Assembly (NCBI GenBank): GCA_964016885.1
Contig: OZ024742.1
Span: 126,914,001 to 126,978,000 of the forward strand
Direction: 5' to 3'
Source of the DNA: Eledone cirrhosa
Taxonomy: Eukaryota
Length of the DNA stretch: 64,000 nucleotides
Positions 1-20,070 of this stretch are shown here, one piece after another (the stretch's first letter is position 1; each line of letters begins with the position of its first letter). The notes beneath the pieces were generated by a model that saw nothing but the letters and a program-made list of their open reading frames with translations, searched no databases and had not been told where the DNA came from. The position numbers and the translations under genes are program-made.

Positions 1-690
1 CCATTCATGCGATTTCTTTGAAATTTTTTACAGAACTTCCCCTTGCACAAAACCTGTACATGATCTACAAAGGCTTTCAAAAATCGATATTGAGACCTCT
101 GGAGACATTAAAAATGTTTCGGTTATTTGTGAAAATTTTCGTGATTAAGTAAGTCAAGAGTTATCTTTAAGTAAGACAAGTGTTTTCTTTCGTAATTCGG
201 CTCATTCGGATTTTAATTTACTCTTTGTACTTGAAACAAAAGTACGCTTCCTTGAGACTACCAATATAATTTTGTATATTTCAGAACCAGAAATTTCTAA
301 CAGATTACTAAGTGAAGTTATAGATTTGACATTGTATAATTTATCGTTTCAAGCTTGATGTTCATACATTAAGTGATGTCATAACTTTTACAATATTAAG
401 CTTTGTACATAATAGTGTCTATTATTCACTTCACTTTATTATTGTCTATTATTCACTTCATGATGCGCTTGCACTGTTGTCAACATTTTTTTTACCTAGA
501 CTGGATTTCTGTTGTTACATTGTATAACGGATGACACAGAGCTCACATATTAATTATTTCGCTGGAATAGTGCCTAAGGTTTTCATGTTTACATAAAGAA
601 CGTTTTTCTTCTATGTATTCAAATTTACTTTGTTTAGTTTAATCAACTACATCGAAAACTACTTGAACAGTCCAACGGGTAGTTTAGCTA

Positions 691-7366
<6,676 letters not shown>

Positions 7367-7524
7367 AGAGAGATAGAAAGAGAGAGGGGGAGAGAGACTT
7401 GTTTGACTTATGAAGCAAATATTGTAGATAACTATAGATAATAGCCGAATAAATGTGGTCAAGTACCACCAGATACGGCGGTGCCCGAGCTATTCTTACC
7501 CGAGTCAATCAACTATTCTTAAAG

Positions 7525-7715
7525 GGCGGTGTATTGGCAGTGTCGGTAGAGGGTCGGACGCCATGCTTTGACGCATAGAGTTACGGCCCTTGCCATTCTT
7601 AGTTCAAATCCCGCCGAGGTTAACTTTACCATTCATCCTTACGAGGTCGATAAAATAAAGTATCATAATACACTGGGTAATTGCTGGCCTTGTGCCAAAA
7701 GTAGAAACAATTATT
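7525..7715 (+). mobile_element. tRNA-derived SINE family A, short variant
   Basis: A-box-like TGGCAGTGTCGG, B-box GTTCAAATCC, GTCGATAAAATAAAGTA body, AGAAACAATTATT tail; many near-identical copies in window. Confidence 0.9.
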
Positions 7716-7771
7716 GTAATCAGGATTGCGGCGGGTCCATTTTCATATTATATATATATATATATATATAT

Positions 7772-7975
7772 ATTGGAAAATGTTCATGACCCCGACAGCA
7801 GTGCTCAAGCCGTTTCGACGGCTACTTCTGGCGAAATTTCTCCCAGAAATAGCCATCGAAAAGGCTTGAGCTCTGCCGTCGGGGTCTTGAAGATTTTTCT
7901 ATTACCCACTCTACTAGTATTGAGTACTCTGGTGCGTTATGGTCCATCTGGTTCCTTACCACACTCCCTTCGTTA
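7772..7975 (+). mobile_element. Fold-back PLE/retrozyme-like micro-element with 3' half of an HHR
   Basis: Imperfect 60-bp inverted arms 7772-7831/7843-7903 plus tail; (TA)n on both sides; homologous to 50786-50990. Confidence 0.65.
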
Positions 7976-8259
7976 TATATATATATATATATATATATAA
8001 ATATCCCCCATAGGTAGATGCTAGCTGCAGATCTGGAATGAATTATCACCAACAGAAAACAGAAACAAACGGCAAGTAAGAAACACCATGACGTAACTGT
8101 AAGGCCTAAAATATAGCTAATATCATATGCTCAGCTTTTTACGGAAAGATGCTTGTTGTTGATGGTTGCTGTGCTGTCAGATTTCTCCTCACTTACACAA
8201 ACTATGTACTTAGATAAGATTTGTACATGCATATCAGAGCGTGTAAACTCCCCCCCCCC

Positions 8260-8318
<59 letters not shown>

Positions 8319-8739
8319 TAATAAACATATACACATCTATATATACATATATATATATATGTATATATACATACATTAATAAAGATATAGACATATATAT
8401 GTGTGTGTGTGTGTGTAAATATATATATGTATTTATGCATATATGTATGTATGTATGTGTGCATGCATGTATATAGTTTGTATGTGTAATTTACAAAGGT
8501 TGTTATGTAGATGCTCTCGTCTATAACGTTTCCACCATGCTTCTATACAAACAAGGCTATACACCCCGAATAAGTAGCAACCCTCTCTTAAGATTCACTT
8601 AAAACCAACGCAGAAATTTAATATCAACGCAGAACTAAGACGTTGGTAACGACAACTTCACTGGTGTCGGGCGTTGGCTTGAAATTGTAGAGTGTAGACA
8701 ATATATATTTGCTGTATCTAACTTAATATCTCTTAGCAG

Positions 8740-9008
8740 TTGAACACAACAAGATCTTATATGGACGTCTTCCGAAGATTTCAACTGTCATAAGAAACCG
8801 TCGTCTAGCTCGTGCTGGACATGCAATGAGACAGAGTGGAGCTGCTGTGAGAGTTCTGTTACAGTCCCCTTGATATCACTTGTAGACGCAGTAGCTTGAA
8901 CCTGACTCTAAAAAAAAAAAAATCATCGACTAAATGGCAGTGTCTTGATGAACGTGAAGCAAGACCGCGATACATAGAGGAACATGATAGTATCACCAGT
9001 TGGACTTA
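8740..9008 (+). pseudogene. Decayed 3' fragment of RTE-clade LINE ORF
   Basis: 8757-8873 translates LYGRLPKISTVIRNRRLARAGHAMR, the C-terminal RRLxxAGHxxR motif of RTE-type ORFs. Confidence 0.7.
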
Positions 9009-9026
9009 GAGGACACTGCAAATAAT

Positions 9027-9243
9027 GGTTTCTTATAGAGACACAAGGACAGCAATTTTGCGGGAGCGGAAAGTCGATTAAATCGACCCCAGTGCGTGAC
9101 TGGTACTTTATTTTATCGATCCCATAAGGATGAAAGGCAAAGTTAACCTTGGCGGGATTTGAACTCAGATCATAAAGGGCCGTAACTCTATGCGTCAATG
9201 CATGGCGTCCGACCCTCTACTGATACTGCCAATTCACTGCCCT
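9027..9243 (-). mobile_element. SINE family A, long variant, with 18-bp TSD
   Basis: TSD GAGGACACTGCAAATAAT at 9009-9026 and 9244-9261. Confidence 0.93.
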
Positions 9244-9628
9244 GAGGACACTGCAAATAATAAGTACCTATCTTTGTCTTACTATATTCCGATTTCTAAA
9301 TCTAAGATTAATTACCGTTGCCTATCACAACAATGTTCTATGTTTAGAAATTTCACAAAGTTACATTACATAAATCCAGAAAGCTGTTAATTGAAAGAAT
9401 AATTAGGTTGTCGGATTAAAAATGCCTGATGAGGCCCTAAGATATATGAAATTCGAAACCCTTCTCTAAAAAGAAATAATAATTATTTTTTATATTAATG
9501 TAATGATAAAGAATAATATATATATATATGTATATATTATTCTTTATCATTAGCATTAATATAAAAAATAATTATTATTTCTTTATATATATATATATAT
9601 TTATTTATTTATTAAAATAACAGGTTGA

Positions 9629-9679
9629 AGTTTAAGCAAAGAATCGGTGCTTTCACCCTTAACGGGATCTTCTGAAACT
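9629..9679 (-). ncRNA. Type I hammerhead ribozyme fold, U4A variant (copy 1)
   Basis: AGUUU-CAGAAGA-uCCC guuaa GGGu-GAAA-GCA loop UGC-UU-AAACU. Confidence 0.6.
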
Positions 9680-9771
9680 CATAATGTGTTTCTCATACCT
9701 TACACAGTTTATGTCTTTCACTCTGGTGGTAAAAATACCCTGTAATAAAAAAGCATGTTCTTTTCATGTAT

Positions 9772-9826
<55 letters not shown>

Positions 9827-10142
9827 AATATGATAATAATGGAGCTGCGGCGTTGCAAATGGGTTACATATGAAAAAGTGAGTCCTTCATCAGTGACCCT
9901 CCAACCGTCCTAGGCATTTCATCGCTTTAAGGGCCATATACCTCAGGTTGGTGCGAACAACGGCTAAAAAAAGTCGTTGGGACACGTAAATAAAGAGAAT
10001 GTTAGGGTGAACAAACAAAATGGTTTAAGCAACAGAAAGTGAGAAGAAAGAGACAAGTCCCAGATTTCTATGAATATAAACTCGATAAAATCGTGAACGA
10101 GAGAATAAAGACCATCAAACCTGGTTGAAATGTGAGCAAGGA

Positions 10143-10358
10143 ATATATATATATTAAAATAACAGATTAAAGTTTAAGCAAAGAATCGCTGCTTTCACCC
10201 TTAACGGGATCTTCTGAAACTAACAAAGTCAATCTGTGAACGCCGAAGTGAATATTTCAAAAAACGTTGCAACCGGAGGAAGACAGTTCTTATATATTTG
10301 ATATATATTTATCCTTATCGAGCCCTCTTTGGATTTTAGTCTTCAAATTTATTATTAT

Positions 10359-10360
<2 letters not shown>
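10143..10360 (-). mobile_element. Penelope-like 3' fragment: GIY-YIG C-terminal motif, 3' UTR and HHR copy 2 (10171-10221)
   Basis: Minus strand encodes IINLKTKIQRGLDKDK..stop, resembling the PLE terminal IxxLxTxxPxGLN motif; HHR downstream; TA tracts on both sides. Confidence 0.65.
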
Positions 10361-10402
<42 letters not shown>

Positions 10403-10959
10403 ATGAGACTCCCCCCCCCCCCTCCCCAAGGTGTGTGGCCCTAAGCTGTAGCTTATAGTTAAATCCCACCGAGGTCAATTTTGAATTTCATCCTTTCGAG
10501 GGCGATATATAAAGTAACAGTCTAATACTGGGATCGGTTCTTTCATCCACTCCCTCTTTTCTCTCGGTGATGTCGGCATTGTTTTGACAGGACGGCGTCC
10601 CTATGACTTTGTCAAGAGTTAAGGGCCCTTGTGCGTGTATATGCGCATGTTGTTCGGCTTCACGGCTGCTAACAATTACCGTTAGATTTTTATGTCACTC
10701 AATTTCAATTAAGAATGTTACTATATACAGCACTCAGAGCATACCCACTTAGCTTGATTATTCTAATTCACACCATTGGCCTACTTGAGTTAAGAGAGTG
10801 ATAGTGGAAGATACTGGCGGAAGTCAACACTGACAATCAGTCGTGTAGTGGCGTATATAATGAGAAATTCAATTTCTGACGCTGTTATGAAATATTGTAA
10901 CACTGTCCACCCCTCAGCTAGTTATATCATATGTAGATGCAACATGATGTGTGTGTGAG

Positions 10960-11262
10960 CAGTCAGTTCCGATGATGAGTGTTCCAGTGTTTGACCAACA
11001 GAATAGCTTTTTCGTGAAATTAACATGCAAGTGGCTAAGCATTCCACAAACACATGTACCCATAACGTAATTCTCAGGGAGATTCAGCTTGACACAACAA
11101 TGGCCACTTTGAATTACAGGTAGAAGTAATTTTCTCCAGTTGAGTGGACTGAATCAACGTAAAATATAGGGCCCTGCTAAAGGACACGGCGTTCTGCCTG
11201 GATTGGAACTTATAACCATACGATCGTGAACTGAAAATCTTAACCACTAAGCCACGCGCCTT
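10960..11262 (-). mobile_element. CORE-type tRNA SINE (family B)
   Basis: Minus strand GGCGCGTGGCTTAGTGGTTAAG head and GTGTCCTTTAGCAGG CORE-like segment; related copies near 11975, 12350, 23370, 39020, 55080, 61370 and 61690. Confidence 0.75.
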
Positions 11263-11712
11263 CTCGGCTCGGTGCAGTAAAACAGTACAAACAGTGACAA
11301 TAATCACCATACACAACACAACAAAACACAGTTTGTGTAGACCTGCAATTACCGTTGCTATTTCAGTGATCAGATATACTTCAGTCTTGTATTTTACATC
11401 ATAGTTATTGGGGTGGGTAATAATCTAACGGAAAACCAAGCTACCGTATCTGTGAATCAGAAACTGAAAGTTTTAAGGAGGTTGATGTTTCGATGGAGAT
11501 AATTTCTCAATAATATGATGTTAAAAAATAAACAGTCTTGGAATTACGCAAGACTTATATAATTTCTATTTACATAGTATGTTGTAAATTGGGATTATCA
11601 CCCCTGATTGCCGTTGCTTAGGGGCATTTCCAGAGATCTAGGCTTCCAGGTACACTAGAGTCAGCCAGGAGAATCCCTTCTGTATTTAAGGTTTTTAACA
11701 TGTCGAGCCGGT

Positions 11713-11927
11713 AGTATTGGTAGAATTGGTAGTATCAGTAGAGCGTCGGACAATATGCTTTGCGGCATATAGTTATGTACCTTTACCTGTGAGTTCAGAA
11801 TTAGCTTTGCCTTTCATCCTTACGGAATCGATAAAATAAAATACTAGAAATGCACTGGGTCGATTTAATCAACTTTCCCCTCCTCGAATATCGTTGGCCT
11901 TCTGTCTATATTAGAAAGAATTATTGT
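11713..11927 (+). mobile_element. SINE family A, long variant
   Basis: Similarity to other family A copies. Confidence 0.85.
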
Positions 11928-13479
11928 AATTTGGTAACAGATTTCTTATTAATCAACCAATCATCTTAGCTGGCAAGTGGTTAGGTTGTGAGTTCTATTC
12001 CTGTGCCAGGCGATTCGTTATGTCTTTGAGCAAGACGATTTATTTGACGTTGTTTCTTTTACGAGGAGTTGCGACCGGGAGATACTGTCAGCAATTGAAC
12101 ATACCAATGGAAACATTATTACCTTGACGAGTTCCACCGCATAAGTGAATGAAGTCTGGGATATGAATGGACTATCTCAGTTGTTCATAACCTGCTAGAA
12201 ATAGCAGCTGATTCTTTTCAATATCACACACTACTGTCTTAACAAAACAATTAATACTTGATCGTAGAACTGCTCGACCAAGGTTGAGGAGGTGCTAAAT
12301 AACAACAGCAACAGCCTCAACAATAACGTACACATGGCTGTGCATGTTGTTAGAAATATGTGTACCCTTAACATGTACCATTAATGCACTCAAAGAAATT
12401 TAGCGTTTTACAGTGGGTGAAAATGCTGGTCATTTTTGCTGCTTCTCATTAAGTTTACCCTTTAGATGATATGGTTAAGCAAAAACTACAACGTGCCGTC
12501 GAGAATTGAACTCAAGAGCATACGATCGTGAGCCAAACACCCTAACCACTAAGCCTCGCGTCTTCTTCACCCTAAATATACTATGTCTGAAAATAAGACG
12601 GTAAGATCATGGTTGGAACGCTGTTGGTCACAATTCACCACAAAAGAGAGCTGACATGTGACTATAGAAAATCAACGTCTAAAATCTCAGCCGTAACGAC
12701 AATTGCGAGGAGGAAGAGTAGAAGGAAGGGAAGTATAACAATAACGACTGCATTGTAATTAATTTACATTTATGCTAATTACTGAGTAATTAGCTGTCTG
12801 ACATTTTACATTAATTGCATCACAGTGTATTTACTGTTAACTAACCCATATAGCTGACTCATTAAAATATATACAATTCTAACCTCTTGTCCTACATCAA
12901 AATATATGTGCGTGTATGTGTATGGAGCTGGTATATGTTTTTTATTTATTAGATTAATAATTCTTACAAAGGAATTTTTAGGGGGTGAAAAACAACTAGT
13001 GCTGCAGCAAGAGTCATTAATTTAATATTCACATACCGTATCCCTGCCTGCACTAAAAGTCGACTAAAAGTGTTAGCGTCAAGGGAGAACGTGCGGTCGT
13101 AAAACACGGCCTCAAGAACTCTTGTCCAGTCCATCTCAACATGGAAAGACTGACAAAAACGATTACGATAACTAATATATATAACGCAAGCATGTTCGAA
13201 TAGTTATAAAGTTTGCTTCCTAACAATGAGATACTGAGTTCGATCCCGTTACGTGGCAGGTGGTTTTCACCATAGTTTCGGGTCAGCTTAAGACCTGTGA
13301 GTGAAATTCTGTAAACGGAAACACTTTGGATGGAATGTACTAATATATGTTTCATTTGAAACAGTTCTAGTCCTGTAGAAGTCATTTCTATAATAAATTG
13401 AAATATACCTATACTCCACTAACATACTGACTACCTTTTTAAAAGTGGTTGCCTCCCGATTTACATCGGAATTACACAC

Positions 13480-13720
13480 ACAGAGGAGACTGAAGTTAGC
13501 TGGACATGCTCACCGACATCCAGAGTTGACACTGCATTCAGTGCTCCTGTGGGAGCCCCTGCAGGGACACACTGGAAGAGGAAGACCAAGGTTAACGTAT
13601 GTTGATGCCCTAAGGACAGACACTGGTCTGTTGGAGACGGAGGACATAGCAGCGATAATGAGGGACAAAGACCGCTTGAGAGAACTCGTCCATGGATTTC
13701 GGGAATTTTACCCGCCCTAG
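13480..13720 (+). pseudogene. 5'-truncated RTE-clade LINE 3' end
   Basis: [15 protein letters not shown]...[21 protein letters not shown]...MRDKDR; stop codon directly followed by a TA array. Confidence 0.85.
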
Positions 13721-13751
<31 letters not shown>

Positions 13752-13793
13752 AATATATATATGTATATATATATATATGTAAATATATATATG

Positions 13794-13865
<72 letters not shown>

Positions 13866-13941
13866 AATATATGTAAATATATATATGTAAATATATATAT
13901 GTATATATATATGTAAATATATATATGTAAATATATATATG

Positions 13942-14000
<59 letters not shown>

Positions 14001-14015
14001 GTAAATATATATATG

Positions 14016-14113
<98 letters not shown>

Positions 14114-14116
14114 TCC
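13721..14116. repeat. (TA)n array with TG/GTAA interruptions
   Basis: G-type interruptions on + strand, unlike the other large arrays. Confidence 0.95.
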
Positions 14117-14547
14117 ATTACAGCATACTGCGATAATCAGAAATAATATCTTTAGAATGAGCAATGAAAATTATTTCAGTGGTCTAGGCTGGGGGGTGGG
14201 TGACATAAAAGTTTACTAAGGAAACCCGGTCAACGATTTAACAAATATGCAAAAGAATGAGCGTCTGTTTCCATGCTAATATACGTAAGTGTGTGTGTCT
14301 TTGAGTATGTATGTCTGTGTCTATCTGCACGTATTTATTCCTTTCAACGCAATTGAGTTTGTACGACCGGCATTTAGTCTAAGTTGTAAATATGCCAGAT
14401 GATAATTGATACTAGTGTACTCGTGTCGTCAATTATGTCCGCAATAACGTGGAACGTATTTACTTTTTCAAGTTGAAGATTAATATGACAAGATTATTGG
14501 ACATATGGACAATCATAAAAACTTGGAAATGTGTTATTTCATATAGT

Positions 14548-14805
14548 GAAAGTGATTAAAGATAGAAATTGTATTTTAATGATTTAATTCTTTGATATAA
14601 TTACATAAATGTTTAGCATATGCACAAATGATATACACATTTAAATATACGAGTAATTTTAGAGAAATAGCAATGTTCATGGATAAATGTAAGGTTAGAA
14701 CCCAGGAACATGTGATTGAAATACGAACTTTTTATAGTAGCACCATGACGGAAATGTATTGTGTGTATGTTCGTGTGTAAATTTTAAAGTGTTACAGACA
14801 AATAT
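14548..14805 (+). repeat. Unclassified dispersed repeat (second copy 58482-58750)
   Basis: Shared blocks GAAAGTGATTAAAGA, TTACATAAATGTT, TTAGAACCCAGGA, GAAATGTATTGTGTGTATGTT. Confidence 0.75.
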
Positions 14806-16805
14806 ATATATATATAATTACACAAACACACATGACATATTACTATTGTTGATAGTTATTACTGTTGTTGTTTCTGGTTTTTACCCGTCGATAATTCTAG
14901 TTTTAGCAGAATTGTGAGTTAAGACACTCCAGCCCTGACAATTCCACATTTTAAAAAGGGATTCTATTTAGGATGACATTAGTCAATATATTCTTTGTTA
15001 ATAGTCAGCCCTGATTCAGATTACTTATGCCTGAAGAAATTCACGTCAGGATCACCTTAGTTTTAATTCAAATATAAGGACTAAGTTATGCACTATAGCT
15101 TTCTTTATTTCAAGACGATAGGGAGAGAGGTTGTGATTTGAAAGAGATTTGGCTACTATTTCTTCTTAGATATTACATAGTGTGCCTCTGGATTGCTTAT
15201 ATAAAAGTAAAGAGCTTTTAACACCTGGTGGAATTGTCGGTTCTTCGGTCTGACACATGGCGTGGCTTCAGCATTTTAAACTTGTTGGGGCCCACCTATC
15301 TCTAGGTTGGAAGACAACTGATATCTCACAGAAAAGGAAATATGGGAATAATCAACCCAGTACTGGAGTGGTACTTTATTTATCGACTTCGAATGGGTTA
15401 AATGGCAGAACAAGCAAGAGAGTCAACTCCGATCGAAAGTGGCCATTAGAATAAGGCTCGGATTGACCATTAAGCAAAATAAAGAAAATTAGATCACAGG
15501 CGAGGGGTACCATAGATATTTTACAGTGCTAGATTTACCATGGGGTAAATAGTGCATCTGAACTAGCCCCTACCACATAAATATTGCACATTGCTATTTT
15601 TCACCTATTTCACTAGTTATAAAGGAAATAATTTGCTTTATTTCTGGTCTATACAGTAAGTGATTAACTCCTAATGGAATTGTAAGGACGCCGTCGTTAC
15701 TTACGCCTTTAGCTTTTAAACCTGGCAGAGCCTTTCACTCTCCAGGTCATAACATCGAAGGAGAGGGGGAGAGAGAGAAGAAGAGTCGATACCACTATTG
15801 AACAGGTACTTTATTTGTCGACCTCGAAAGGACGAAAGTAAAGTTGACCTCAGTGGGTTTTAAAGAGAGTAGAGAGCTGAAACAAATACGCAGAGCATTC
15901 TGTCCAATGTGTTTACGACTACACACTTCGTCGCATATTTACTGGTGTCTAGTGTTAAATAAATATCTATAAAAAGCAGGTTATATTTAATGTAGCTGTG
16001 TGGATTGGCCTGGAAGTAACTGAATTTTTAATCTAGCTATCACATTCAGCTCTTTTGTTTTAAACTTGTGTCATTTAGACAAAAAAGGAACAAAGTGACG
16101 TCATTGTTGCGCTGGGAATAAGGCATCTGTTAGCTTTAATGAGCCCATGATTAGAATGAAATGATAGAGGATGTAGTGGTAACAGAAGCGAAACTAGGGT
16201 ATGTCAAGTATAGCACATGCCGGGGCACTACTTGGACTAGGAGCACTTTCTATTAAAGTCAGAAAAGCTGTCTTCGGATAGTGAAACAAGAAACTTCTTT
16301 AGATATGTGATCTGCCTTTGATTACCTTGGGTGGCTGGATCATTAAACCATTTATATAAATTATTAGGCCCATAGGCACATTAGGCAAGGGCGCAATTTG
16401 ACTGCTTGCCATAGGTGTTATTATCCCCGGTCATACCACTGGGTGGTAATAATCAGGTTAGTGGTTGGACTAATGACTATCTTATCCACTATAAAAAGTA
16501 GTTCATAGTATATTGTTAGTAGTGTTGGGATAATGTGTCAAATCTATTATCAAAAAGCAGATGATAGACTATGTTTTGAGAAAGAAAAAAAAATTCAAAC
16601 TTGTTTAAAACAAAATATTTTGAGAATGTCGAAACATACTGGTTATTTCCAAACAACATATTGTCCATCAACAAAGCTTATATTCCACAAACAAAACATA
16701 CCTATATGCGTGGTTATAGGCATTTATGTATGCGTCAATACGTATATATAATATATATATAATATATATATAATATATATATAATATGTGTATAATATAT
16801 ATATA

Positions 16806-16837
<32 letters not shown>

Positions 16838-17246
16838 GTGTGTGTGTCAGACAAGCGTATTCATGTTTGTGTTGTGTGTGTATAACATATGTATACATGT
16901 ATATCTATGCATGTGTGTGTGTTCGTGTTTTTATGTGACATATAAACCTTTATCCAGTTTAACCCCACCACATGGCGCATGAATGTATTGAGACAAAGTC
17001 CAGTCTGTTGCAACTATTTGTGTCTATTCTTCGGTCTCGGTATAACATATCTTTCTCCCTTCAGACACATAGGCATGGGTTCTACTACTACTACTACTAC
17101 TTCTGACTAAGCCATTAAACGGGCGGGCACACACATACACGGCGCGCGCACACACTTCTTTCGCGATATTTCCCTTTTAACTTATGTGTGTGTACGTATA
17201 CTCCTGTATCTATGTATAAGTTGGGTTATAATATATTATACGGCTA

Positions 17247-17912
17247 AAATGATTTCTAGTATAGGCACAAGGCCAGTAATTTGGGAAAGTCGCTTAAATC
17301 GACCCCAGTACGTTACTGGTGCTTTATCTTATCGACCCCGTAAGGATGAAAGGCAAAGTTAACTTCGGCGAGATTTGAACTCAGAACGTAAAGGACCGTA
17401 ACTCTATGCTGCAAAGCATTGCGTCCGACTCTACCGATACTGCCAATCCATTATATAGCTATAATTGTTTCTACATGTGGCACAAGGCCAGCAATTATCC
17501 CAGTGTATTACTGGTTCTTTATTTTATCGACCCCGCAAGGATGAAAGGCAAAGTTAACTTCGGCGGGATTTGAACTCAGACCATAAAGGGCCTTTCTCTC
17601 CCTCAAAATTGTTAGCCTTGTGCCTAATTCAGAAACCATTGATGTAGCTTTAGACAGACACATCCTGACACAGATTCCTTTGAATTACAAGTACAATCTA
17701 CGATTTTCCGCCAAGTTTTTTCTACCCAATTTTGCAGTCAACGGTTGGATCAAGCCGTGTCTATAGATAATTGTTTCTACTTTTGGCACAAGGCCAGCAA
17801 TTACCTAGTACATTACTGGTACTTTATTTTATCGACCTCGTAAGGATGAAAGGCAAAGTTGACCTCGGCGGGATTTGAACTCAGAATGGAAAGGGCCGTA
17901 ACTCTATGCGTC
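17247..17912 (-). mobile_element. Cluster of three family A SINE copies (17247-17450, 17461-17592, 17767-17912)
   Basis: Repeated GGATGAAAGGCAAAGTT..CGGCG.GATTTGAACTCAGA. Confidence 0.9.
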
Positions 17913-18197
17913 ATAATGACGCTTAATCATGATGCCTTGACGGGAAATGGAATCTAGAACCTGATGATTGCGAAGCGAATTCCTTAACCATTCTTCCATG
18001 ACAGCCTCCACACTTCCTACACATACACACATATATAGAGACAACTCACATTTAAACAAACGCGCACACACAGACAGACACCTACACACTTATCTATAGA
18101 AATTTACTCATCTACACACAACTATATATCAACACATCCACTTGTTTCCCCCCACCCATTCTTTCTCAGTATGTCTGTCTGTATATCTCTCTCGCTG

Positions 18198-18237
<40 letters not shown>

Positions 18238-19052
18238 ACATACACATACACATAATCATTTATAGAAACACTCACCAACATAGACCTATATATTATATCA
18301 ACACATCAGCTTGTTCCCCCTACTTTTTCTGTCTGTCTGTCTCTCTCACACACATACATAAACACAAGTTCTCACAAACACACTACCCCACTCTCTAGTG
18401 CTGCTGCTGTTGCTGGTGGTGAAAGTCTATTCTAAAAAAGCCGGTTCAAGGACATATTAAAAAAACAACACACAGGAAACAAAATCAAACAACAAGGCAG
18501 TCAGGGTATTTTTGTGTCTGTACTTGCAAGTGCACACTGCAATTGCACACACGGTTGCAGCAAATAATAATTATAGGACGGAATAATATTGTGCCAAAAT
18601 AAACTGTCACTCAGCTACTTATCAAGTTCACCCTCTCCTACTCTTGTCTTTCTATCGACATATACTATATATTATGTAACAGGCGACAAATTGGCAGAGT
18701 CGTTAGAACGTCGTATAAAACGTTTTGTGATATTCATTCAAACTCTCTCGGCTCTGAGTTCAAATCCCACCGTGCTCAACTCTGCCTTTCATCTTTTCGT
18801 GGTCTCTTAGAAAAAAAAAAAAAAGAAAAAAAAAACTATCAAGGCAGTACTGGGATCGATTCTTCCTCTATATTTTTTTTGTTACTCTCTCCTTCTCTGG
18901 AAGACATCGGCCGAGTTTAAATCAAAAGAGAAGACAGGCTCCGTCAGGTTTAAGTTGCCCAAGACATGCTGTATATCACTACTTCTCTATCATAAGTTAC
19001 GGCTCAGAAGAAAGAATATATAATGTAACTGTTCGCTCCCCCACCATCATAC

Positions 19053-20070
19053 TTTCTATAAAGACATCTACTATATATTATGTACGCTCTCCTCTGTCTT
19101 TCTGCTATATATTATGTACTCAACTCACCAAAGTCTTATTTTCTATAAAGTCATCTACTATATCCTATGTACGCTCCCCTCTGCCTTTCTATAAAGTCAT
19201 CTGCTATATTATGTACGCTCTCCTCTGCCTTTCTATAAAGTCATCTGCTATATATTATGTACGCTCCCGTCTGCCTTTCTATAAAGTCATCTGCTATATA
19301 TTATGTACGCTCTCCTCTGCCTTTCTATAAAGTCATCTGCTATATATATTATGTACGCTCTCCTCTGTCTTTCTGCTATATATTATGTACTCAACTCACC
19401 AAAGTCTTATTTTCTATAAAGTCATCTACTATATCCTATGTACGCTCCCCTCTGCCTTTCTATAAAGTCATCTGCTATATATTATGTACGCTCTCCTCTG
19501 CCTTTCTATAAAGTCATCTGCTATATATTATGTACGCTCCCGTCTGCCTTTCTATAAAGTCATCTGCTATATATTATGTACGCTCTCCTCTGCCTTTCTA
19601 TAAAGTCATCTGCTATATATATTATGTACGCTCTCCTCTGCCTTTCTATAAAGTCATCTGCTATATATTATGTACGCTCCCCTCTGCCTTTCTATAAAGT
19701 CATCTGCTATATATTATGTACGCTCTCCTCTGCCTTTCTATAAAGTCATCTGCTATATATTATGTACGCTCTCCTCTGCCTTTTTATAAAGTCATCTGCT
19801 ATATATTATGTACGCTCTCCTCTGCCTTTCTATAAAGTCATCTGCTATATATTATGTACGCTCCCCTCTGCCTTTCTATAAAGTCATCTGCTATATATTA
19901 TGTACGCTCTCCTCTGCCTTTCTATAAAGTCATCTGCTATATATTATGTACGCTCTCCTCTGCCTTTCTATAAAGTCATCTGCTATATATTATGTACGCT
20001 CTTCTCTGTCTTTCTATAAAGTCATCGGCAATATATTATATGCTCCACTCGCCAAAGTCATCTACTATAT
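19053..20070. repeat. 46-bp minisatellite, about 21 units
   Basis: Unit ATTATGTACGCTCTCCTCTGCCTTTCTATAAAGTCATCTGCTATAT. Confidence 0.95.

Noticed and set aside
9426-9460. CTGATGAG...CGAAAC hammerhead-like string
   Set aside because: No stem II or III; it matches the MITE terminus seen at 40662 and 41232
9885-9952. Degenerate HHR-like motifs (also about 7404-7465, 30478-30510, 51106-51138, 51307-51335)
   Set aside because: Multiple core or stem defects; may be older relics but not supportable individually
16096-16103. TGACGTCA CRE site
   Set aside because: About one occurrence is expected by chance in a window this size; no promoter context
19053-20070. CRISPR-like periodicity
   Set aside because: No unique spacers; eukaryotic minisatellite
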